Positions 13,700-25,600 of a DNA stretch of 64,000 nt are shown piece by piece. This DNA is from Tubiluchus corallicola. Its lineage: Eukaryota; Animalia; Priapulida. Position 1 is the stretch's first letter, and each line of letters opens with the position of its first letter. Below the pieces are notes generated by a model. It worked only from the letters and a program-made list of their open reading frames with translations, searched no databases and was not told where the DNA came from. The translations under genes were made by a program, and so were the position numbers. Location: the NCBI GenBank assembly GCA_030141605.1, contig JAQGDQ010000074.1:620001-684000 (forward strand), read 5' to 3'.

Positions 13700-15660
13700 A
13701 ACATTCTCTGTTGAGGCTTCGCCTAGACTTTCTTTAATCCTTTTATATTTGCTACAGGTAAATAACTGTTCTGCTGTCTCTAATTCACTATCGCACATGG
13801 GGCACATTAAATTTCTTATAAATGAACCCTTAAAATTAGCTTTACCTTGACCCTATTAAAGTCTTAAATCCAAAATATTTTTAATTTCTGCATGACTGAA
13901 TTTTGTAAAATAATCCTTCTGTTCCCATTTATTGCTTTCCAGAAATCTTAATTTTGAGCTCTTATTTATATATTCACTGCATTTATCTTGTATCACAGAT
14001 GTTATTTTAAATTTTACATATTTTTTCCACTCAGATTTCTTTTGATTTTTCACGTATTCCTTGTCAATATTAATTCCATGAATGTTTGCAATTTTTTCAA
14101 TATCACTATACCAGTTATCATCATGCCGGTATTTCGTTTGCTTCGCTGCAACTTTGCTGGCTAACCTTTCACTTCTTGATATTAATAGAGTTCTATAAAA
14201 CATTTTTTTATACCGTATACGTTCTTTATTTGGCCAAATTCCCAATTCTGATATTAACCCCCAGTAACTTGCAGTTTTAGCCATTCCAAACGTAATTCTT
14301 ATTAACTTACCTTGAATACTTTCCAATTCACCAAACTCATTTCTTTTCATGTTTGACCAAGTTTCAGATTTATAAATTAATGATGGTATTGAATGTAATT
14401 CATAAAGTTTTAGTTTTATTTCTACTGACATTATTCCTACATTATTAATATTTGCCAAGGAGTTAATATAGTTGATTTTAAATTCGTTCTGCTCTCTTCA
14501 CTTTTCAATTAACGTCTTATAAGTGTTTTCCTCATTTAGCCAATCACCAAGTATGTATAACTTTGTGTTTCTCCAATTTCTCCTTTGCTAATTTTTCTTT
14601 AAGTGGGGGAATTCTTTTCTTTCTAGTCATCTTTGTTCGCATTGATTGAATTTTTTTAACACTGAGCTTTATTCTTTTTAATTCTTCTGTTTTCCTACAA
14701 TTTTTAATCGTTATTTTAATTGTATTTTCAATTCCTATCCCTAAAATATCATCTACGTACATCATCATTTCTGTTTCAAGCTAAGAGTTATTACTGTTTT
14801 TGTTTTTTTCAAGGGAATTTTTTCTATTTACTATTTGCACAGCACAAAAGTGGACCTAACGCGGTTCCCTGCATAACAGATTTCTTTATTTTAAGTTCAT
14901 TAGTGATACCAACTGGTGTGTCACTAACAGCATGTGCTACCTCATTCAAATTGAAAATTAACTCACAAATGTGTGCTGGTGTCCCTAAACGCCACATTTC
15001 AACTACTGCATCTTTAAGCCAGAGCTTATCGAAGCATTTTTCTATATCAAAAAGCTGTTTCCAATTTGTCAATAATTCAGTTTTTAATAAATTTTTTCAA
15101 ACAGTTTGCTCATTATATTTGTAATGAAAATACTTCTTCTATTTTCCATCAGTTTTTAATCACCTTTGCCTTTGTAAACTGACTTAATTTTCATTGGTTC
15201 TGTTTTTTCAGTACCTGCAGTATGTTTAATTATCTTATACATATCTTCTACATACTTTTTAATGTTTTCTTCATTTTCGTTTTGAGGCTCAGATTGTTTC
15301 AATAGATCATAGTAGTATTGTTCAAAATTAACCCTGTTTCCTCTGCATCTTCACATACTAGGCCATTTTGGTTTTTCATGGCAGTAGTAAGTTTCTTTTT
15401 TGGTTTGTCCATTTGTTTTTTGAATTTCCAAAAAGCTTATGCTTCAAATTTTCCTTTAGTAGTAATCTTGTTCAAAGTATTTTTGATTTTTGCACTCTTT
15501 GCTAATTGATGCTGTTTAAAAATCATTTCATCTACAAGCTTTAGCTGTAATTTATATCTTCTTACAACTTCATTATCATTCAGCATGCCATCTATTTTTT
15601 TGAGAATTTCTTTTTTATCTTCTTTCAACATTCAGCTTTCTTTCAACTTTACCAGTTTGA
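13700..15660 (-). mobile_element. Decayed non-LTR retrotransposon (RT plus C-terminal Cys/His motif), clade not assigned
   Basis: ORF fragments with FDIEKCFDKLW, QGTALGPLL, YVDD, IPSLIYKSETW, and KANFKGS..CPMC..ETAEQLFTC at about 13750-13845; several frameshifts. Confidence 0.85.
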
Positions 15661-16642
15661 AGATGTTGCTTAACAGACTCACTTTGTATTGAAAACGTTT
15701 TGACCTTAACAACCGAATCTATTAATCGACGGTGTAGTATTACTTAGTGTAGAAGAACGGGTCATCACTCTTCAGTTTAGTATGCACTGCAAAGGCTTTA
15801 ATGAATTTTAGAAACGAAATAATGACAAAATTCTTATGTGAAATTGTTTAAGAATACTAATTTATATAAGTGAATTAATAAAAAAAGAAAAGTTGCACAA
15901 ATCTGATTATTACCACCAAAAATTCGTGCAAAGTCGGTTGTTGCATTTCTTCACGAAGAGGTTGAGTAAACCTGGTTTATGAAATTCTCATACTGATTAT
16001 GACGTTGAAAATCTGTTGTTGTATGCTGCACATATTCATGCAAAATGCTTCGTGTATAAGTCTTGAGGTGCTTGAGCTGCATTTGGTCATGATTGTGTTT
16101 CCTCTGTGAAAAGGAGTTGGTGGTGCCCCTGTGAAAGGTAGCAGAAGCTTCAGAAGGAAACTGCTAAAGCAAAGTCAGCCCAATTCAGTTTTATATTTAC
16201 TGTATCTGATTAGATGTTATTTACTGTATCTGGTTAGATGTTTGACAGTACAGAGAAATCCGTATTATAATAAATATAAAAGCCAAAAATAGCATCTATA
16301 TAGGTTATCAATCTAAGCATAAATGTATCATAAAGTCATGCATTTGATGTACCTTAACTGATATAACCTGTAACAATTTTTTACTAATAAAGTTTTCCAT
16401 TAATAGCTGTAGTCTATCGGCAGCAGTTTTCCCAGCACTGATACTTGCACATATGTACATGTATGTATTATGTATATGTATGTTTTTTCGCATTCGGTGC
16501 ACAATCGGTAGTTTTGCGTATGAAAAATAGAAATACAAATAGTGCAAAGTTCCGCGAAAATATTAAAATTACCGGGTTTCGGGACCAGATCCGATACATC
16601 CCTAATATTTAATTACTTTTCTTAGAATTGGACAAATCAATT

Positions 16643-19600
16643 ATGTCTGACGAAGAAAGTAAACAAGAACAAGAACCCATAGAAACCCAGGCTATCCAGC
16701 AGGATAACCCATCTGGTGACTCTGTTTCTGCCGAACAGTATGAAGAAGCTGAACCTGTGTATGATATTGAAGATGAGGAAGATGGAATTGAAAAATCAGA
16801 TGAATATCTCAAACTAGTTGGCTTGGGCTTGTCAGGCAAAGTAGTATCTGAAATAGAGGTCATTTATAGTGAAGGTATCTATTGATATTGCTAGTAACGT
16901 ATGTGTCACTGAATAAAATCTTGAATAAGCAGCTGATTAGTTATTAGCGCCAGTCTGGTTTAAAAGAAATCATATGAAACTTATGGTTGCGCAAATCACA
17001 TACCTCATTAAGCCTAAGTGTATTAAAGGTTTACTTGAGTAGACTGTCTCAAGTAATATGTTCTGTCTTTTTTAGATATGCTCTTGTCAAAATATCAATT
17101 TTGGACATTTGGTCATATGGAAAAAATTGTGGTTTTGAATGTTGTAAATTTACAATTTCATTGACTGCTGGTGTCGTATGATGTATGTTTGGTATAAGCT
17201 CAACTGTTAAGCTCTACTTCTGTTTTTACATGATTTTGTTGTTTAAGCTTATGTAACCTAATTAATGTAGAATTTTGTTGATGCATTGAAATATGATTAA
17301 CTCCAAATCTGTTAGTTTCACATAATTATGTGTGCATGCTTGTACACGCACATGCATGTACAACTCTCTCACAAACACACAGTGACAATTTTAAGAATTG
17401 CCATGTTACTTGGACTTTTTTTAATTAGGCCTGATGTCACCCGGAGAACTTGATGAGCGAGCAGTTGATGCTCTTAAAGAATTTCCAGTTGAAGGAGCTA
17501 TCAATGTTTTAAAGCAATTCCGCGAAACGAATTTGGAGCATGTCACAAACAAAAGCGCATATTTGTGTGGAATGCTGAAGACATTTAGGACAAGGAACAG
17601 AATGAAGGGCGATCAAGCCACACTCCCTAAAGGTCCTGATGAGGCTAAATTAAAGGTGCTAGAATTTGTTTTCATTGTTAGCTCAGTTTATCTGAATAAG
17701 GTAATAAATTTGTTAAGTGTAAATTTTTTAGTAAATTTGACGCGTTTATGAAAATCACATTTACTTTCATAGCATGATTACTTTTATATCTATTGTTGCC
17801 CTTTCGCCATATGGTGCAGTCGTAATTAATTCTTGGTTAATAAAGTCAGTAGTGATGCACCGAGATTCAGAACAGCTGGATTTATTTTTGGTTCATTTCA
17901 TTTAGTTGGTAAAAAGAAATTTGGTCGAAATTTTGCAAATTCAGTTTGTTTAAACAAATTCGGTCGAGACTGGTAAAAAATTCATTTTTATAATTTGGAA
18001 TTTTTTCCGATGAATGCTGCCATTAAGCAATCCAATTAAGCCTCAAATTATAAAAATGAATTTTTTACCAGTCGCGACCGAATTTGTTTAAACAAACTGA
18101 ATTTGCAAAATTTCGACCAAATTTTTTTTTACCAACTAAATGAAATGAACCAAAAATAAATCCAGCTGTTCTGAATCTCTCAGAACAGCTGGATTTATTT
18201 TTGGTTCATTTCATTTAGTTGGTAAAAAGAAATTTGGTCGAAATTTTGCAAATTCAGTTTGTTTAAACAAATTCGGTCGCGACTGGTAAAAAAATTCATT
18301 TTTATAATTTGGAATTTATTTCCGATGAATGCTGCCATTAAGCAATCCAGCTAAGCCTGGCAAAACCAACCTACAATTTTTCAACAAAACTGTTTGCGCG
18401 TGGTAGGCTGGCAGCTTGAAATAGCTTCATAAAATTTTACCGTTTGGGGTGATGCACCTGGATGCCATGAAGTTGTATACTTGTCGACGTCTTCATTTCT
18501 AAGATATACATACACATGCTTTTCTTGTTAATTTAGCAGAAAAAATTGAGAATTTTGCATAGATTGTCATTACTGTCAACATTGTTCAGTGACTTTGGTG
18601 TAAAAATGTGTCAAGCTCATGTGCTCAAATGCCTATCAAATGCAAGGATATGAGTTTTTTTATTCATTAAGTTGGGAACACGGCAAATTGAAGTTTAGTG
18701 TAAAATATTTGAATACGTTAAATGTTGACTATGTGATTATTGATTAAGCTACAATATTAAAGTAATTACTATAATGTTATCTGTTAACGAAAATTGGTTA
18801 CCTACTGTAATATGTAAACATCAATGGGTTTACATAATACAAAAATTTTACCTCTCCAAGTGTGAATATAACCCCCTTTTGAAAAACCTACTGAGCCTAC
18901 TTGTAACTATTGAAATTTATTACTATAAGTAAATAATTCTGTTTCAGTAAAAAATGCGAAATTTGGCTAAATTTGGTGTCGGTAAAACAAAATAGTAGAA
19001 ATTCGGTTTAGATTTGGTACTGGTTCGGTTCGGTAAAATTCGGTATGCATCTCTAAAAACCAGTTGTATAACTTTGTTCTAGCCGACTTTTGAAAAAACT
19101 TCTTAGTAAACAAAACGGATACATATTCATATTTTGATGTCTATGCATATATTCAAGTCAGTTTTACCTGGCATATTGAAAAAAGTTATATACATAATAG
19201 GTCTCTGGTATAAGAAATATAGCACTGTGCTTTTTTATAGGAAATCTTGGATAGGACTAAATATACGTTGGATGTGACTACAGGCCAGAGGAAGTATGGA
19301 GGACCTCCACCAGATGTTGATCCGGATGATCAGCCTGGACCTGGCTGTGAAGTAAGCGATCTAAATGTCCTAATTGAATCTGCAACTTTGCATTTTTTTG
19401 TTTTAATTGTTAAATGTACTTGAAAACTTGCAACTTATTTTCCAAACAGTGCAGGTTCGGCATTTAAACAACTTTATCTGAAGTGTAAGCAAAGAGATTC
19501 TAGAACACATTGTCAGCCTTTTATCTGGTTATACTTATCAATAAAGAAGTAGTTTACTGAAAAAGAAGCAACTAATTTGTATCATTAGTTTGGTGCTTTG

Positions 19601-22600
19601 CCTGGCAGCAATATTTTTTGAAACATATAATAGTAATCATGTGGCTTGTAGAAAAATAGTAGTATACTACCGTGAGTCCTATCTTGTTTTAAACTTGATT
19701 GTTTTTATCTCTTATTATTTATTTAAACAAATGTTCACACAGAAAGTTCATCCGTAGAGGAGGCAAGTGCATGGCTGAGTGCTTAAAGCATCCATCATCT
19801 TGACCAAAGTTAAGAGTGGCACCTAGACTGGTCAGTTAACAGATAGATGAACCATTTTAGTTCCCACTCTGGGCAGTCTCATTCTGGGTTTTTGTCTCAT
19901 AGAGGATGAAATACACAAGTATCTGAATGTAACTGAGATACTGGCTGAATCAGTCATTCATCGAGTCATCATAGAGGCGTAACCTTGATAATGAGTCAGA
20001 TTCGGTCTTGACTTGCCGACCAAACTTGAGCAGTACCTGCTACTGAATCCTGAGTGCGAGTGTTCTAGGCTCAGGACAGGATCCGGTTCGGCATCGGGAT
20101 AAACAACATTCACTGTATTTTAATTTACACTTAAAATATTGAAATTACTACGTAACATACACTCATAAATGCCTCACTGCGAAATGCATAAGTACTACAC
20201 AATATAATTACGTGTGGAATTCTGCAGAGCTACGAGCAAACAGAAGGTGCGGGGCGGTTTACTTAGCTTATAGTGTTCAGTATTAGCTTGTTAAAATAAT
20301 TGCTTTGTTAATTTGTCGGTGTTGACTAACTAAGGTGGAGATGACTATATTATCGTCGGTAACTGGTTTTCATTACATAGTGGGCAATTTCGTTCATGAA
20401 AAAAACCAAAAATAGTTTTAATAATCTATCTTTTGGATTGTTTGTAATTGACAATAGTAACTGTAGCTGCAAAAGAAGTTTGGAATAAGTATCTATATTG
20501 CATGGTAACCAGATGACGCCTTTTTTTTCATTTAAAACGAGCATGCCAAAGCTTGCAGAGATCACAACTTTAAATTTGTTTTACTAATTACACGAGTTTG
20601 TGTCATGAAAAGATAATAATATGCATTAAATTACTTAACTTAATTACAAAACATTTAAAAATAGCTCTTGACAAATGTAATGCAGATATGGTTAGTAAAA
20701 TCTCAAAAGATATGTTCTCACAGAATGTAAGCGAATGTAAATTGTTCGTTTTTCTCGTCTCGAAAAATTTTTAAATTTTGTAGTCGGGATCGGGGATGGG
20801 ACTGAATGTTTCGGAACGAAGTTCGGGATCAGGAGTCGGGATCGTGAAGACCCTGATCCCGAACATCCCTAATGATAGATGTCACAAATTTCGATAAACT
20901 CTTTAACTTCTTTTGGATTGGAAAATTGGCATCTGAAGGTTGTTGGTAGTATGAAATAAATAAATCTGAGCATAAATTTGATATCTGTTTTAGGTTTTCT
21001 GTGGAAAAATCCCTAAAGACTTGTTTGAAGATGAACTGATTCCTTTATTTGAAAACTGTGGGAAAATTTGGGACTTGCGATTAATGATGGATGCATTAAC
21101 TGGACTAAATCGTGGTTATGCTTTTGTTACATTTTGTGACAAAGAAGGTGCCAATGAGGCAGTGAAGCAGGTTTGTTGCAAAAAGATTTATTGATGCTAT
21201 TGCACAACAGTTTTGCAATTAGATTATCAAAAAGCATTTAAAATTAATTAACAGTGATATGTAACAACATGCAATCTCAGCAAAATATGTTAATCTATGC
21301 CTAGTGCGTCTAATGTACCTTAGTTTGTTGAAATATGTTGCTAATCACTGTAAAGTGGCTTTTCTTCAGCCCGAACCTTTCTGAAAAAGTGAACTTATGT
21401 TGTATAATTACGTGACCATAAGTAACACACCGAGAAAGCCGTTACATTTTCTAAACGGAAAGGTAACCTGTTTTTCTGCAAAAAAATTTGCGTTAAATAA
21501 TACATATTGTAAGTCAATAATTGATTATTGAAATATTTCTACAGTCTTAAAACGTTTTTTTATAACAATATTTATGCCAACTATCTGGCCATTGTCTTGA
21601 TGGCCAAACTGGCCAAACACCTAAATACTCCCTTGGCGTAGGCAAGCATAAAACTTTGTCCCTTGTGTAGTGCTTCATTAATGACATTTTCAGTTTATTT
21701 AACCAAGTGATTTCATTTCAGTGAACTATGCTATATGCCAAAATAGAATTTCTTGATTGATATTTAAATTTCGCTGACACTGTCTGCCTAGTTGTTTCAA
21801 GAATAATTTTTTTCATCATAATCTTTCGTGGAGTCTATCTACATATTCAAATGAATTCAAAAAGTTTTTTTAAGAACTTCATAAATGTATTGCTAAAATT
21901 AAATAAAATATAGTACAGGTGAATTGTGTTTAATGTAACATGGAGTGTAAAAGTGAGAAATTAGTTTTTAACAGAATACAGGATGGTTTTTCATATCCTA
22001 CCCCATTTTCTAGTACAGTAAAAAGTATACATTTAAATACCAATAATACTGCAAACACGTTTCTGATAATTAAAACTAATAGTTTAAAATCTTAACAGTG
22101 GGTGAGCCCATCTATTGATGACATCACAAATGAACACAATTTTGAACAGCACAAACATTCTATGGGCGTGTTGCACATGTTTGTGAAAGCGAAGATTGAA
22201 GTACATTATTACTGTAAGAGATTCATTGTGTTGTACTAAAACTTGCCAAGAAATTTCAAATTTACCACTGTGCTCACACACGAACTGTCAAACGTATACT
22301 ATGTCACAAACGAACACCTCTAAACTAAGAGGTACTGTACCTGTTTTTGTGCAACTCGTTTCCTAAATACAGGCACTAGTGACCGTCTAACTAGCAAATG
22401 GCGAAATGCATGTTTACAAAAGTGAAGAACTAGTGGCTTGAATGCGGAATTACGTTTGTGTGGTGGTAATTCTTTCATTTCAGTCATTCTTGGAAAAATA
22501 TTATGTTCCCTTTCAATATTTTGAAGAATGGTTGTTTTGACCTACAGTTTAAGCTTGGGTCCGGTTTTCCTTTTACTTTCAATATTTTAACTGTTGCGAT

Positions 22601-25600
22601 CACTCAGACTGCATTTATCTTTGAAGTTTGATGCATATCTTTTAACCTGTAAAAATTAACAAGAATAGTTAGTTACCTTAATTCAGACATGAAGTGTAAA
22701 AATAGAACTAAAGAATTAAATTTTCAGCATCCTATATCTACATTTCAAAGATATGTCAATTTTATTTCATTTTATTTTAATTTGCATTGTTTGCAGTCAG
22801 CAATTTTGATATGAAGTTTAAATAATAGAATGAAAAGGTTTTAATATCTTATTTTCATATTCCGTGTTACATTAAAAACAGTTCATTTGTACTAGATTAT
22901 AGAAAGTCCTCGCTTAATGATGCCTTGTTTAGCAACGTTTCATTTTAATGATGTTGATCTTTTGACACCTTTTATTCACTTTGTGATTTGCTTGTGTCAA
23001 TTTTAACAATGATTTTTTCGGTCTTTGAGTACTGAAAATTTGTTTGCTGCATTCACGTTTTATAAAGATGCCCTACTATCACAAATCTCGGCAGTAATTT
23101 TACCCTACTAAACAGGAAGTGATGATTCATTGCTGATCATTTGCTAGTACTCTGCCACATAGAGGTACAATTCCTCCGAAAATACTCTCGTGCTACATAG
23201 CTGGATTAATTATGGCTGCATTCGCCTCATTTGCATTTAGTTGTCGGAAGAAACAGCACCAAAAATATTTATCATGAATGTTAAAGAGAAATGATTAACG
23301 TTTAACATTTACATGCAGCTTTTACATTTGAGTGTTCAGTGTAAACTTTAGTTTTCTTTTGGTTTTAGTTAAAAACTGTCAGAAGCAAACTTCAAGTGTT
23401 TGACTTATGAGCCAAACCTTATTAATTATGTCCTGCAATGCAACATAGCCAGGCATTATCGACTTTTTTCCTGCAGCATAACCTAGTGATTGCTTTACCT
23501 AAGCTAAGCATTATTGATCTTTGCCTGGGGAATACAACTGAATGCTTTAACATTGTATTCTATGGAAGGTATTGTTTCATATAAAGAAGCTTCCCTTAAC
23601 GAGATGTTTTGCTCAAATGCATTAGCATCGTTAAACGACTTACTAATCTTACTGTCTTTCATTTAATTCATTGATATATTTGTTCTTCAAATTCTTAAAA
23701 AGTCTTGTTTTTTTAGTTCAATTGAAAATGCAGATAGACCCTACATGATCAAACAAACTATTTGCCTAGTTGTAAACGTGTTTTGCTTATAAACCTTTTT
23801 TGACATTTGTTTTAAAAAAGCATTTTTACATGTACTTTTTTATTTATGATCATGGAAACTTTACTAATTTACTAAAAAGTAAAAATTGTTATTTTTTCAA
23901 GTTTCGGCTCAAGTTTTTACTTACAAAGTATTATTCAGAAACTACAACTAACATCTAATCTTGCAATGTAAAGTTCTGAGTCTGCTATCTTTTTAAAATA
24001 AGCTTTGCAGAGACAAGCACTTTTCTTGAGACATTTATGTATTTTAAATTCTTATTAAGAGTTTTCATTTTTAAGTTCTTCACGCACTACAGATACTTTG
24101 GTTAGCCAAATTATAAAAATTTCGATGAAATTGATAAGTAAATAAGAATAAGTCTGCCAGACAACTTATTTAAAAGAGCTGCTTGATTGTGCCTTTTTAA
24201 TTATTATTATGATTATAATGTGATCAAGCAAAGCACCAATTGTTTTTGTGTGCATCTACTTTTTCAAATGGTTAATAATTAATATACGCATTATATACGT
24301 GTTCTGATGCATATTGTGTTCTAATGCATTTGTATTGCATTTCTTTTGTATATAATTTTATTGTTTCATGAATTTGTGTGTGTGTTTGCTTACTGAAGTG
24401 GAATGAGCTTATGATGGATTGGTTTGCCACGGTTTCAGTTTTTCACTAGTGTTATCGAAATATAGGTGCCCGAATCATTAGTTTGACTACTATCTGAAAT
24501 AGCTGCATTTTTGAATCATTTGTTTTGGCTACTATTTCAAGTAGCTGCATTTTTCAGGAAAAGTTATGGCTCCTTCCATTGTGGGATCATTTATTTATCA
24601 TGCTGTTTGTTTCTTCTCTCCTTTCAGATTGATGGGATTGAAATTCGCAAAGGCAGGCGTATAAAAGTTAATGTATCGGTGGCAAACCAAAGATTGTTCG
24701 TTGGAAACATCCCTAAAACTAAAGACAGGGATGAGATATTTGAGGAATTCAGTAAGCAGACATGTAAGTAGGAGGCGGGATTCGCCGGTTTTCAGTTTTA
24801 ACCCACCTCCTGCTCAATTTCATCATCCATTAACTCATTGGTACTAGGTTCGTTTTACAGTTGGACAAGTATGAGATTAGAAAGGGGCGATTTCTAGGTG
24901 TGTGCAAGTCGACCAACAATACCCGCGTGTACATTGCCAATATACCTAAGCACAAAGATAATGAGGAGATAAAAAGGGAATTTACACAGCATGCTCGTAA
25001 GTTTGAGCAAACTGCAAACCAGTAGCAGTGCTGCTCGTTGTTGGTAACTTGTTTATTTTGGGATTTAATAGCATAGCTTTCAGGCATATGGTTCAAACAT
25101 GTACCTTGTTGCAGTTATTGTTGTATCTGTTTTCACCGTAAAAATTATAACCAGCTAACTATTAATTATTGTTTTCTTTTGTGTTTTTGAAACACGTAGT
25201 TTGCCAGATTTAGCTTTTTGACATAGTTTCCAAAATTCTTTTTTGTTCACTGTTTCGCATAATTTTGCCGGTACAGTAAGTCCTCAGTTAACGAAGCTTA
25301 TACTTTTACGGAAACACGTGAGGGTGGTACTGATTGCTTCACAGCCCAGCATAGTGCAATCACAGCTCTAGTATTGTGGTGTTTGGCTGTTGTGCGCATG
25401 CGACCATCTGAAGCAAAATGCTGCACTGCTGGCGTCTGCTGCTAGGTAGAGAAAGTACCATGAAAATCTGAATGGCTTCAGCAGTTGACCACATGGTGAA
25501 ACACCTTTTGGACTGGAAGTCATTTTTTGGAATGATTTTTGGCATTCATAATTTGTTCATCTGTGTAGGTGTTCAACTACAAATGTATCAATTCACTAAG

